Positions 49,201 through 62,651 of a stretch of 64,000 nt of DNA are shown here, in pieces. The number at the start of each line of letters is the position of its first letter. Positions within the stretch are counted from its first letter, which is position 1. Location: positions 372,001 through 436,000 of the forward strand of contig MCFH01000011.1 in assembly GCA_002104945.1 (NCBI GenBank). The letters run 5' to 3'. The position numbers and the translations under genes were made by a program. Source of the stretch: Piromyces finnis finn. Lineage: Eukaryota; Fungi; Neocallimastigomycota. A model generated the notes under the pieces. The model ran no database searches and had not been told where the DNA came from. It worked only from the letters and a program-made list of their open reading frames with translations.

Positions 49201-50243
49201 AGCTGAAATTGATTTTGGAAGCTCATAACATTGGACATGAAGGATATTATAAAACTTATCAACGTCTGAGAAAAAGCTATTATTGGAACGACATGGTTAA
49301 TGATATTCGAAGAGTTGTAGTCAAATGTGAAAAATGCCAACTTAATCGCCCTCAACCATATCCAGAACCTACGGAAAATCTTCCAACTGAGGTTGAAGCT
49401 CCTTTCACTCATCTGGGTTTAGATATCATTGGTCCATTAGTAAAAACTCGTAACAATAACCAATATATTATAGTTGCAGTGGATCATTTCACAAAATGGG
49501 TCGAAGCAGAACCCACCGAAAATATCACTTCAAAGGATGTCATAAAATTTTTAATCAATGTTTTCTCTCGGCATGGAGTACCACAAGTCATTACAACCGA
49601 TAACGGTGTCCAATTTACCTCAGATATGACCAAAGTTTTCCTGGACTTATATGATGTCTATGTCAAGTTTGTCTCAACTTATCATCCTGAAAGTAATGGT
49701 TTGACTGAAAATAGAAACAAAGAAATTGGAAAGCTTCTAAGACTGCTTGGAAAAGAAAACAAGGATTGGGATGAAATTTTGCCTTCTGCTCTTTGGGCGC
49801 TCAGAACTACTAAAAATACTGTCACAAACCATTCTAGTTTTGAATTGGTTTATGGAAGAGAAGATCAGCAACCCTTTGATATTGCCGCCAGACCTACTAA
49901 GGGTATTAATCAGTCTTCGGATGAAATCTTACTTGAGAAGTTTATTAATCATTACAGGTGGACGTTGGAAGCTTGTGAAAATATTAAAAATGCGAATAAA
50001 TACTGGGCTACTAGAAGGGAAGAAAAACAAAGTATGACTAAGGGCAAAAATATCCATATCGGTGATCTAGTATTAGTTAGAAATTTTAATCGAACGAAGT
50101 TAGAGCCTTATTTCGTTGGACCACTCAAAGTTGTCAAGAAACAATTCAATACTGTTACTTTAGCTGATATATCCACTGGAATTCAGATGAACCGAAATGT
50201 TCATCTTAAGAATATTGTAAAGTTTAACTCTGCTTTTGCGTAA
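46257..50243 (+). CDS. pol: Pol polyprotein (aspartic protease, RT, RNase H, integrase); frame open from 46188
   Basis: PR: LLVDSCSNLSII. RT: WSSPVVLVPK, RMCVDYRRVN, MPFGLTGAPATFQR, FIDDILIYS. RH: TDAS, DHKPL, NVVADALSR. IN: HHCC finger, LGLDIIG, TDNGVQF, NGLTENRNK, FVGPL. No chromodomain. Confidence 0.97.
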   Translation: MPSEETTSQSDWSKEEYDEEIESDFEDTDINEQFFVCANKRKLDKISKEQDGNKEKRLHKNLKNDPRPILTPALRKRKAQELENIPIDVSPKQLHPSIIAQPNIREQKLKERKLRDKERASSSEQKEEEKNELASSNEDPIIIDYDEEEMLSAITDKKGAKVVEKDNTSESTKSTSNSTLNKLMKEQKKEKPAESKVKKTARNIQMIADTEEYNVVKDLNETKCNITFGQLLNSAPKLRTQVSQGLKLEKNNTKIVGALENFNATSVLVNNVDHLYVSKSKEVSEEDIAMVDATVDGVPGKLLVDSCSNLSIITKKYLDKLPHQYESIGLSCGRIRLATKNDDYSEGIIIRVPVQINDLTITADFRVVDKEDPFYDMLINLKTQMDNNLFIHPLRYSLCRFNSNGFIEDIAPINNKYDDEEKIMCMIRRVGDEDFKSDLKNIEGLPPSEYIHNKNFTETLNEKYREQIVRILEENIEIIATSSEELTPSNLTPHKINLKPGAKPIKQRSYRLAKFKSDILKEELSKLINKKLIEPSYSEWSSPVVLVPKHNGKWRMCVDYRRVNDLSEKDAYSIPFIDEIFDSLHGATIFTTMDLYSGYHQILMDEESVELTSFTTKFGNYQFKVMPFGLTGAPATFQREMNRILFPLIGKCVYNFIDDILIYSKSIEEHIEHINQVLAIFRENKLKINIEKCHFMQTEVDVLGHRLTTEGLKPLDNKIQAIKNWKPPSNIHELRSFLGSIGYYRDFIPNYAKLTAPLCKLLRKGVPFKWCNEQQESFIILKEKLINAPILKFPDFEKEFIIRTDASYEGIGGVLLQKEGTDIEHPIHYISRSLTKAEKNYGITDLEGTALFYCITKLKPYIMGSPFKTIVYTDHKPLIGLFKNKEPNNARQTRWCLTASMLGVDIRYEQGKKNVVADALSRMRNDKDKEVLATKINKGIEETMLSKVIKEFVEEKFTKIDGVDYFIDGRNYRKLITETNEKLKLILEAHNIGHEGYYKTYQRLRKSYYWNDMVNDIRRVVVKCEKCQLNRPQPYPEPTENLPTEVEAPFTHLGLDIIGPLVKTRNNNQYIIVAVDHFTKWVEAEPTENITSKDVIKFLINVFSRHGVPQVITTDNGVQFTSDMTKVFLDLYDVYVKFVSTYHPESNGLTENRNKEIGKLLRLLGKENKDWDEILPSALWALRTTKNTVTNHSSFELVYGREDQQPFDIAARPTKGINQSSDEILLEKFINHYRWTLEACENIKNANKYWATRREEKQSMTKGKNIHIGDLVLVRNFNRTKLEPYFVGPLKVVKKQFNTVTLADISTGIQMNRNVHLKNIVKFNSAFA

Positions 50244-50266
50244 GCAAGAGTCTTCGTGGGGGCACT

Positions 50267-50976
50267 TGTTAAGGAACCAACAAATAATGTTATTCTTGTC
50301 ATAATTAATGATTATGACCTAATCCATTCATTATTGTTCCTAAATGTATGAAAACTTTACAATATTCTTATTTGTAAATTAATGTATACACTTAAATTAT
50401 ATTTAAAATTATTAATAATTATTTTTTATTGAACTTAAATTTTATTTTATTAAACTTAAAAATTAATTTAGTAATAATAATATATTGAAAATTATAGTTT
50501 ATTGAACTTTTAGTTTAATTTATCAAGTTAATGAATTTTTATTAATTAAAATTATGAATAATATTTCTGTAAAATAGTAAAATTTTTTAGTTAAATATAT
50601 TTAAAGTAAACTTTTAATGTATGTTAATCAATTTAATAATATGTATAAATATTTATTATAATAGTAATGTAATTTTATTATTCATTTAAAAGTAATTTAA
50701 ATACTAAAATTATGTAAATAATTAAAGACTAATTCTTTTAATTAACACTACTTAATTTTTTACAAAAAGTATAAAAAGGTGTATATTATAAGAATTAGAG
50801 AATATACAGATATTTTTATTTTTATTTTTATTTTATTTTATAATTTTATATTAATATCTTAATAAAACAATTTTATTAATAAAACAATTTTTCTTATTTC
50901 ATTTTAATATTATTTTTGAGTATTAATAAATTTATTAATATTTTATAAATAAAAGTAAATTCCTCGAACCGTAACA
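50267..50976 (+). repeat. 3' LTR (710 bp), preceded by a short G-rich PPT-like tract (GTGGGGG)
   Basis: Same length and termini as the 5' LTR. Confidence 0.97.
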
Positions 50977-52784
50977 TGTTTCAAATATAAATTCGTGTTA
51001 CATTTTAATGATGAATATTATCAGTAATTTATATATCGAAATTTACTTTGATATTAAATCTCATTTTTATAACAAAAGTATTATGATATTAAATGTTTTT
51101 TTATTATGTTTATTATTTATAATAATAACACCAAAAAATATTTTTTAATAATATTTGATAATAATATATAAAATAATGAAAAGCATTTGTTTTGGTTTTG
51201 CTTTTTAAATAAAAAATGTTTTTATTTTTTTAGCATTTAAGGTTAATTCAATTAATTTGCTTTAGTACATTTATTCACCTAAAGTGCAAATCATTAATTT
51301 AATTAAAATAAAATTATCGTTTTTATTAAACTTTATTTTTATAATATTTCAATGAATAGAGTTGGTTTTAATGATTCAATTTGAATAATAGTACAAGAAT
51401 TTATTAATTTGTTTAATATTTATGTTTATATTCATATATTAAGCATTCCAAAAATGAAAATTTACGGTAAAAAGCATTTAGTGAAAAAAAATTTTTATTA
51501 CATATATAGGGGTATTCCCATAAAATTACTATTACTACTTATAATAGAGTCAAAATAGAAAAAATAAAAGTAAATAATATCTTAATAATACTATAATACA
51601 TGATTAATATTCATCGTTAGTGTTAAACTACTAATAAAACATTTATTACTATTTTAATTAGTTTATTCTCATTAAAAAAGTTAGCTTTTTATATATATTA
51701 TAGAAGATGGATTAAATACAATAAATTTTGTGAATTTTAATATATTATAATATTTAATGTTAATATATATGTACTACAAGACCAACTTTAATAGTTATAA
51801 AAAATTAAAAAAAAATATTTTTTTGAATAATTAAAAACCTTAATTAATATAAAAAATAAATTTGTTTAAAATTTGTTGACAGTTACCAAAAATAATGAAT
51901 AAACTTATCAAATATTTTTATTTAATTTTAAATAAAAATAATTTATTCACAACAATATAATTTAATAAATGGAAAAATAATTGAATATATAATATTACAA
52001 TACTATAATATTTATTTTATTTTTATCCTAGTATTATATATTAAATATTATATATTTTTATTAATAACTATATTAAATTTGTATATTTTTTTTTTTAAAA
52101 TACAATAATTTTTATATATATAAGGAAAAAAGAACTTTTTTTTTATCACTAAAAATATACAATATATTTTTTTTATAATATCTTTTAAAAAATATTATAT
52201 AACTAAAAAAAAGTATTAAAAAAAATGCTCAATATTGATTATTGAGTAAAATTCAAAACATACTAAAAATGATATTAATATAATTGTATTATTATAAAAT
52301 ATATTTATAAAAGAAAATAAAATGAATTAGATAAAAAATAAAATTTAAATCAAAAGTCATATTGAAGTTAACCAAAATTAAACATTTCAATAAAAACTCT
52401 ATTATAATTTTTAATAAGAATATCTAATAAAAACAATATTATAAATTTAGTATTGTTATATACTTTAAGAAATTTTAATTTTCTAAATTAATAGAAAAAT
52501 TAAATAATTTATCTAGTATTAGTATAGATTATAGTAAGATTTATATATATTTTATTTATTAGAAATTAAGGAAATTTTATTTAATTACTAAAAGTCATTA
52601 AAGTAATTAAAATATATATAATATAATAAATAGAAATTCTATAATTCTTATTGTAAATATTTATATTTATTTTAAAATAAAACTTTTTTTTTTAAAAAAA
52701 AATATATTTGTAATATACACATAATAAACAAAAAAAAAAAAAAAAAAGAAAAATACATTTTATATAATAATAATAATAATAAAA

Positions 52785-55533
52785 ATGAATCTACGGTATA
52801 TGAAATTTATTTATACTAGCCTAATATTGGTATATCTTTCAACAAAAGCATTTTCACAAACTACAAATGATGTAACGATCTTTAATATTCTAGTGGATAT
52901 ACCCGATATAATAAATAAAGATCTCTATGAAAATGCCTACAAAGAAATGGAAAAAAAAGAATATAATAAGGATAATTTGAATTTTAAAATTAAATTTAAA
53001 ATATCAGAGGAACCAAAAGATAAAACTACTAAGGATGGTTATGAAAAATATATTAAATCTATATTAGATAATCTTGAAGATTCTTCAATCGATTTTTTAA
53101 TATTAAGTGATAGTTTTTTATATAGTGACATAGCTAATATAGAAAGTACTACTTTAAAGGATATGTTTTCGAAAAGACAATTCCAAAGACATTATTTAGA
53201 CTTTAAAGAATTTTTAAATTTTAATGAAACTAGATTAGCCAATTACGAACAAGAAATAAAAGAAGATTGCTATTTTAACAATTACAGTAATATTTTTGCC
53301 TTACCATACGAAATTGATTTTGATGTATTATATTATAGAAAATATAATAATAGTGTGACATCTAATATTGATACAAATAATATAAATTGGGAGAGTTTAT
53401 TAGAACAAATTTATATAAAAAATGGAGAAAAAAAATCGATAAAGATGCCACTTAAAGAAGAAGAAGAATTATTTGATTTTTTTACCCAATATATTAATAC
53501 AATTAAAAATTTTAAAGAAAAGAAAAGTTTTGAAGATTTATATAATGAAGCTGACACTTCCATAATTGATAAATTTAGGGATTTTGTAACAAGATCCGAA
53601 TGTTTAAATTTGGAATATAAAGAAGCGTATGAATCTTTTTTAAATGGTGAAAGTGTATTTTTTAAAGGAAAAGCTTCTCATTTTGGTAGTTTGAGAGGAA
53701 AAGATAAAGCAATTACACCTATGTTATTACCACAAAATAAAGGTATTCTTCATACAAAATATATTGTAATTAATAAAAACAGTAGTAAAGATAAAAATGA
53801 ACTTTTTACAGCTGCCCAAACTCTTACAGATGATGAAAATCAAATGGAGAGGTATAATTTATATCAAATATTACCACCTAATTTTGGTCAGTTAGAAAAT
53901 AATGATTATTCAGATATTGTGAATATTTATTCAAAAATGGAAAAAATTAAAGTCAAGGAAATATATAAGGATGAAAAAAGTGCACCATTTATGGAAGTTA
54001 AATATTTTTTACCAAAAATATTAAAAGATTTTTTAAATAGTAAGGGTGATATTAAAGAAATCCAAAATGTTTTTGAAAATATCAAAAAGATATTAAAGGA
54101 AAAAAGAGGAATTCATAAACTTCCATACTATGTCATTTACCTTCCGGCAATTATATCTACTGTAGCAGCAGTCGTCATCATTTATTTAATTTTAAAGTAT
54201 AAAGAACATCCATATTTAAAAATTTATTCCCCAAATTTCTGTGTTATTATAATAGTAGGAATGACAATTGGTATTCTTAGTTTATGTGCAACATTTAATA
54301 ATGATAATAATAAATATTGTAAGGTTAGTTATGTTGTCGATACTTTATCAACTGATTTAACTCTATTTCCAATGGTAGCCGTAACCTATCGTATTTATAA
54401 GATATTAACAAATACCAGTAAAGAAAATGTTGGAATAAATTTGAATCGTCGTATCATTATATGTTTCGTTGTTGGTTTATCATTAATGATTATATATTCC
54501 TCTTGTACAGGTTTCTTTATTTTAGATTTCTATTTAAGTTCTGATGGTAATATAACAAACTTCCGTCAACCTTCCTGTAATTATAGTTCTGATTTATATA
54601 TATTAGAAAGTGTAGAACGTAGAATTAATGAAGTTATTGTAAGTATACATAAAAATTATATAAGTGTTATATAAAATAAATGGTCGTCTCTTTCTGTATA
54701 ACTAACACAAATTAATATTTTTATCATAGTACTTATTTTTAGTCTATATGGTTTTCAGAACTGCAAAGATATCAAAGAGATTTGGAGAATTTAAATATGT
54801 TTATATTATGTTATTTATTGGTATTTTAGAATATGCCAGGTATTATTTAGTTAAAATCATTCCACAACAATCTTATTATTACTCTTATCTTGCCATTATT
54901 TCCTGTAGTGTTTTAATGAATGGATTGCTTATTTACTTTTTAATTGGATCACGTTTATACTATGCCATTCAACACTCTGACGAAATTAGAAAAAAAGAAA
55001 CAACTCAAGGATTTGAAACCAATAGTTATTTTAATACCTTAAATAATGGACTAGATGACACTACAAATAATGACGGTATGCATAGTCATTTTATTGACAT
55101 TAGTAAAAACAGTGAATCACGTATGAATTCCTTTTCCTTCAACAAAAGTTATTCTAACAAACATTATAATCTTTCCTCAAACACGACTATATCAGAATTT
55201 GATTGTTGTTATGACAGTAATAATAATATATTTAATCAAGGATTTAATAGTTATAATGATTTTGGTAAAAATCAACTTTCATCCAATACCACCCCACGTA
55301 ATGATTACTATAATTCTACCAGTGCTCTTCTCAATCAAGATACCTATAGTAGTCAAAAAACTGTTGGATCTCAGGATTCTCAACAAAATTGTAACGTTAT
55401 CAATTTATTAAAAAATGGATCCACCTCGAACCTATCTAATGCACCAAATGTTTCATTTGACATAACAAATAAAAGTAGTAATCAACTTATTAATAGTAGT
55501 AGTAACAATATAAAAAGTAAGAATCAAAAGTAA
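52785..55533 (+). CDS. Class C-like GPCR with N-terminal bacterial-type solute-binding (SBP) ectodomain and long Asn/Ser-rich tail; exons 52785-54638, 54730-55533
   Basis: Signal peptide; FALPYEIDFDVLYYRK resembles SBP family 1; seven hydrophobic segments start at YYVIYLPAIIST; PYLKIYSPNFCVIIIVG resembles the class C TM1-TM2 junction. Phase-0 GT-AG intron. Confidence 0.85.
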
Positions 55534-56263
55534 TCGTGAATTTTTAATTAATTCAAGATTACCATTTAATTAATAATGTCATCAATAAAACCCAAATCAA
55601 CACCTATAAATAAATAACCATTAAATATTAACATTTTTAAACTTTTTTTAATTTTAACCCCATTGATTAAACATTAAACCCTCATATATAATAATTTACC
55701 CATTTAAAAAAAAAAAACCTTTTTTTTTTTTTTCTTTTAATATTATAGTTTTTTTTACTAAAAAAAAAATAAAAAATAAAAAAAAAATAATAAAATATAT
55801 AAAAAAAATAAAAAAAAAAGAAAAATAAAATATAATCCTTTTATTTTTTTTTAAAAAGGTATCTTTTAAATTGATATCTTTATACCACCTAATTTATTAT
55901 TTCTTATTGTAATACTATTGCATGCATAAAAAAACTTTTTAAAAAAATTTTTTTCATTATTGAGAATAAAATATGAATAATGCTAACACTCCTAATAATA
56001 TTAATGATTTTCAATAATTATTAAAGTTTTTACTATTTTTTTTTTTAAAAAATTAATTTTATGATAACTTTATTTATTACTATTATTTATTAAAATGATA
56101 TAAACAATGGTAAAACAATACTATTTACTAGTGACTTAAAAAATGATTAATAATTATAACAAATATAAAAAATAAAAAAAATAATAATAATAATAATAAA
56201 ATCATAAAATACATATTTTTATTTTTTTACTATTTAAATAAAAAAAAAATTCCATATTAAATA

Positions 56264-56295
<32 letters not shown>

Positions 56296-58888
56296 GTATT
56301 AATAATTATATATATATTCCAAAACTAATTTTAATTGTTTTATTGGAATGATTACTTATTATTATTATTGGTACTTTCATTAAATATTATATTAATTATT
56401 TGTTTTATATACATCTTCAATTATACTATTTTTTTTATTGTAATCATCCAAAATAAGGAATAGTTTAAGATTGCTGATATTTTATTTGTTCTGAAATTAA
56501 TTAATTAAATATTCATATTTGAGTAATTAAGAAAGGGGGAATTTTTTAAAAAAAAAAAAAAAATTTAAAAAATCATTTAATTAAATAGTATATTATTATA
56601 AAAATATAATGTCACATCATTTTTTCAAAATTAATATAAAATACAAAATACGAAACAGAAACAGATTAACTTTGAATCTTTTTTCCTATTTTGTACTTTT
56701 TTTTTTTAAAAAAAAAAAAATACAATAATTATAGAGTTTTAACTTTTAAAAATTTTATTACTCACAGTATTATATTAAAAATAATATTTAATAATGTTGA
56801 AATTTTAAATTTTTTTTTTTTTTGAACATTAAATTAATTTCAAATCAAAATGAAAATCAAAACTTTAATAAATTTAAATTTATATTAAATTTTTTGAACA
56901 CAAAGCTAATATTTCAAACAAATAAAAAAATTTTTAATTAAAATTTAGTTAATTATTTTGTGTAACCGTAAACAAAAATGTCTTTTTTAAAAATGATACA
57001 TTTTTTTTAAAGTACAGAGAAATGAATACAACAATAAATTACTGAAACAGCCATAAAAATTAAAAAGAAAAAAAAAAAGAGAAGAGAACATGTTTTTTTT
57101 TTTATTATTTAAAACATAATATTCATTCATTATTTAAAAAAAAAAAGAAAAAAGAATTCATTTATAAAATATATAAAGTATTTATAGAATAGATATATAC
57201 TATAAATTTAATAGTACATTAAAAAAGCACTTTGCATCACATTATTGTTTCATCTGTTATGATTCTATTTACATAATAATTAAATATAATTCTTTACTTT
57301 CAAAATGTATATATTCAATATTATTTTATGTATATCCTAAATTTATGTATACATAATATTTAAATATAATATACAAGTTTATTAATAAACTTTAAAACTT
57401 TATACTAGAAATTACTTAGCAAAAGTAACTAATATTAGGTATATAACCATTACACAATGGTTTTCCCTTAAATAAATTAGTTTTTAAAAATAACAGGATT
57501 AAAGTAAATGTATATTATATAATATTTTTTTTACATAAAGTTTTCTAAACAAAAAGGATTTATTCATATTTAATGCATACATTACATCATCCTATTCTAT
57601 AAAATTGATAGAAATGTGTATTTTTAAAAAACACTATATATTAACGATACTATAAAATATATTTATATTTTACTTAACTACAATATTTTTTCTTTTATTA
57701 TTGGCACTTTTTTTACCATAATTTTACTATAATTTTACTGGTTATAATTCATTAGTTTAACAGGATTTTATAGGTTATTTTCATGGTTGACCTTATCAAA
57801 ATTTTTATAGTAATTAAAGTTTATTCTCGATACAATGTTATATATATTATATATTAAACTATTATAATTAATATAATATGTTTTGAATGATGTTGACAAT
57901 TTCCATATTTGGTTATTATCATTAACATTATTTGTTATTATAGATTATATTTTTTTTAATATATGGTTAAGCTTAATTTACTATTATTTATAATAAATAT
58001 AAATATTTTATATTATTTATATATATAAAAAAATAATTAATTTATATTTACCTATTATATAAAAAAAACAACAATTTATTTAATTATTAATATTTTTCAT
58101 TCATTTACTTTTCATCCAATGACTTGTCTTAAAATTGAATAATCACAATTTTTTTTTCTTTTTTGCTTCAAACTATATATATTATTTTATTTAATAAATT
58201 TGTATTTTTTTTTTTTTTTTTAAAAAAATACATATAAAAGAAATTCTTATGGTTACACTAATTTCATTTTGCTAAGGAGAATATAAAAAGGACACTTTTC
58301 CTGTTTTTTATTATTTTTTTAAACCAAAAAAAATAATAATAATAATTTAAGATAAATTAAAAAAGATTACTTATAACAATTATAAGTAATAACTTAACAA
58401 TTGTTATAAAAATTACTAAATATAATATTAATAATAATATATTTTTTAAAGAAATTACTAAATATAATATTAATAATAATATATTTATTATGACAATTTA
58501 TAAATTAAATTACAGAATTAATATAAATAAACATTGTTAAGAATAAAACAAATAAAATAAAATTAATAATAATAAAAATTATTAAACATAAAATAATTAC
58601 AATTAATGACAAAAATTTTGTTAAACAAAATATATAATTAATAATAAAAATTGTTCAACAAAATTAGTACAATTAATGCCAAAAAAAATTATTTAACAAA
58701 AATATATATATTAAAATAAAAAATAAAATAACAGTTTAAAAACATTTTAAATAAACACATTATATATAAAAAACTTTTCAACAAATCTTTTGTAAAAATT
58801 AAATTAATATTATTTAATTGTATATATAAAAGTAATTTAATAATAATTTTTTAATTAGTTGATTTAAAAATAATAAATAAAAAACAAA

Positions 58889-61167
58889 ATGAAATATTTT
58901 TCAAAAATTGTTTTACAAAGTGCATTACTGGTTTTATCTGCTAGAGCTCTGCCAGTAACTCCACAAAAAAATAAAGTAATAAAGATTTTAACAGATAAAC
59001 CAGATAGTATTATTGCTACAAAATGGAATGACTATTGTTCATCAATAAAAAATTTTTTCACTACTACCGAAGCTGAAAATCTTCTTCTTCATGAATATGA
59101 TATTGATTTTACTTTCAATTACGATGAACTTTATGATAAAAAGAGTACTAATAGTTATGAAACATACTTAAATTCTATTATTAAAGAATTGAAAGAAAAT
59201 AATTATGATATGATGATATTAGATGATAAATTCCTATTCTCTGAAAATGCATATATACAAAGTCAATATATTGATAGTACTTTTGGTAAAAATATTCATA
59301 ATGAATACCTAGATTTAACATCTGATATTAATAAGGATTCTCTTTCCTTCCATGATTCAAAAATCCTTAGTGATGGTTACTACGACAATCATTTATATGC
59401 TATTCCATTTGAAAAAGATTTTGATGTCATTTTTTATCGTAATGATAATGCTAGTTTTGGAAATGTTAATATGATTAATGTCTCTTGGGATGATTTAGTT
59501 AATATCAATACTGAGGCTTCTGTCAATAAGTTAAGTGTTCCTCTTGGTAATAGTGATGAATTACTTCACCTCTTTATCGAATACGCTAATGAAAAAATTG
59601 ATTTATCCGGAAACAACAAAGAATCCAACTATGAAAAATTATACAACCAAAATTCTAAAGATATATTTAACTCATTTAGCTCTTTCGTTACTAAATTTGG
59701 AACCAATATAACTTCAGAAATCACTTTTATAGATGCCTATGAAACCTTTATTAACGGAAAAAGTAGTGTATTTAAGGGTAAAGCTTCACATTATCACGCC
59801 ATATTGAATACACCAAATGGTAAAAATGTTATGATGCAATTACCCCCAAAGAATACCAGTATTATCAATAATAAGTATATTGTTATTAACAAGAATAGTT
59901 TATTAGATAAGAAGGTTCTCATTGAAGCTGCAAAAAGACTTACTTCCAAGGAAATGCAATTATACAAGGCCGAACAATTTGGAAAAATACCAACTTTTGA
60001 TATGACTCAAAGAGATAGTGATCCATCCATTAAAACTTACTCTGAAAAAAATCCAGAACTTCTTAATATTATAAGTAAAATCATTCCACTTCACCTTAAA
60101 GATATTTTCAAGAGTGAATTTAGTGCACCATTTATGGAAGTTAGAATTCTTCTTCCACAAGACATTAGAAAGTATTTAAAAGAAAAAAATAATAATGACC
60201 TCTCCAATGTTATTGAAAATATTAAAATGTTATTAATGGATAAATCAAATGTTATACATTTCCCCACCTATCTTTTATACGCTCCAATAATTATATTTAC
60301 TCTATTGGCTATTATTGTAGTCATTTTAATTTTCAAATATAGAAATTATTCATGTTTGAAGATTTTCTCACCGGGTTTCTGTATTCTCAGTATTATTGGT
60401 ATTATCATGAGTATTATTCATCCAATGATTTCTATGGAAAATACTAATCCAAATGTATGTAAATACCTTTACATCTACGAAACTATTTTCACCGATTTAA
60501 CCCTTTTCCCAATGGTGGCAGTTACCTATCGTCTTTACACTATCTATAGTAGTAAAGCTAAGGATAATAAAATTAAGCATTTAAATACTCGAATTAACAT
60601 CTTTTTCATTATTGCTATGTTAATTATGGTTTTCTATTCTGCAGCCGTTTCACTTTTCATTTTGAATTTCTACTTCCACTCCTATGGTACAATTGATACT
60701 TATCGTCAACAAGTTTGTACATACAGTGATAATGGTATTTTTGAATCTATTGAACGTAGAGTCAATGAATTAATTGTAAGTATTTAAGGTAATATCCTTT
60801 TAATATATATATGTATATATAGTCATATTAAATCCCCCCCTTTTTTTTTATTTTAATTATTATCTATATATAAAATTAGTATATTGTTATGATTGTTTTA
60901 ATTGTCAGGACTGGAAAAGTTTGTAAAAAGTATGGTGCATTCAAATACATATATATTATGTTTTGTATTGGTATCATGGAATACGCCTTCAATTTCATTT
61001 TAAATTATTTACCAACTAATGGTTATTTCGGATTCTATTTAATTAGTATTATTATAAAAACTGTATTAAATGGACTTTTAATCTATTATTTAGTTGGTTC
61101 AAGATTAATATATGTTATCAAACACAGGAATAATGCTGACAATTTAAATTATGAAGAATTATTATAG
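58889..61167 (+). CDS. Second SBP-GPCR paralogue with very short cytoplasmic tail; exons 58889-60775, 60880-61167
   Basis: Collinear with the first (YAIPFEKDFDVIFYRN, FKGKASHY, SAPFMEVR, TDLTLFPMVAVTYR, ESIERRVNELI|Y), with the intron at the same position. Confidence 0.85.
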
Positions 61168-62651
61168 ATTTTAAATTCAAAAAATTAGAATTTCTTTTCA
61201 AAATTGACATTTTGGGTTTTTTATTATAATAATATAAATATATATATATATATATTCTTAATGATTTGTAATAGTTTATAAAAAAAAATATTATCTCTAA
61301 AATTAAGTCTTAACCATGATTAAATAAACCTTTCTCTTTTTTATTTATTTTATTTAAAATATAATTTTATTTTTTATTTTCAAGAAAGGATTAAAAAAAA
61401 AAAAAAGGAAAATGGAATATTTAGTAAATTAAACATATAAAAGAAATTTTTCTCTCTTTTTTTTTTTTTTTTTTTATTGTATTAATATTTATAGAAAGAA
61501 TAAGTTTATAATTAATTTAAAATAAAAATAAATAATAATAATAATGTTTATTGTATAAAAGTCATTTAATTTATTACTATTTAATAAATAAAAAAAATAA
61601 AAAAAAAAATAAAAAAATTTTTATATATTGAATAATACTACTTGATAATAACTTTTTTTATTATTATTACTATTATTTCCATTAATTTTATTATGGTAGG
61701 TGAAGAATAGATCCCACACATAGTATAAATTTACAAAATTTATCAAAATTATAAAATCATTGAGAGACTTTTTTAAAAATCAAATAATTTATTATAAAAT
61801 ATTTATTAGGGTATGGAATGAAAAGAGAGAATTTATCGACTCGAATCTCTCTCGGAAATTCCCAATAAACCTACCTTGATATGGTATAGTTAAAAACAAA
61901 AAATTTAAATATTAATATTTATAGTCAATTCTTTTTATACGACCAATAATAATACAATGCCCATTAATTATTCTTTTGGAGTAGTATCATTATTTTGTAA
62001 GATTTTAACTCTTTTTTTTTTTTACCCCTTATTTTTATTTAATATACTTTATTATCTTTAACCGATATTATTCTTTTAGAATGGACAATATTCTATTTTA
62101 CTGCAATTCATAAACGAATTATTAAATTCATATATTTTTTTTTAACACCTTCATAATAATAAACGTTAAAATTAATTTTATTCTTTTATTTTTTTTTTTT
62201 TTTTGGATTTTAATCTTGATTTTTTTTTTTTTATATAAACAATTAAGAAAAAAAAAAAAAAAAAGAAAAAGAAAGTTAACAATAAAAATAATAATAATAA
62301 TAATAATTATATTATTATTTATTTTAATTATTTTTCTAAAATATAACATTATATATATATATATATATATACAATTATGTAAATTTATTTTTAATTCATA
62401 TAAACATATTATTGGTATATAAGTTAAAAGTAATAAAATACAAAAAAAAAAAATTGTAATAATAATAAAAAAGAATTTTATCATTTAACTTTTTTTTTCC
62501 TTTTTTTTTTTAAATAATAATTAACAACAATAGTTTTTTTTTAAAAAAAAAAAAAAAAAAAAAAATTATATATATTTGGGAATTAGTATCATTGAATTCT
62601 GTAAAATTATATACTTAAATTATCATATATTTTTCTAAAAAAATTTTATAT

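Larger units (their letters stand above)
43052..50976 (+). mobile_element. Intact Ty3/Gypsy LTR retrotransposon (7925 bp), non-chromovirus, 4 bp TSD TGTT
   Basis: Two 710 bp LTRs (TG...CA), PBS, gag with CCHC, pol in PR-RT-RH-IN order with no stops, and TGTT at 43048-43051 and 50977-50980. Confidence 0.98.

Noticed and set aside
61690-61900. LINE family 2 3'-end remnant
   Set aside because: Similarity to 24040-24080 is limited to a few short words (GGTAGG, ATCCCACACA) and is too weak to call.
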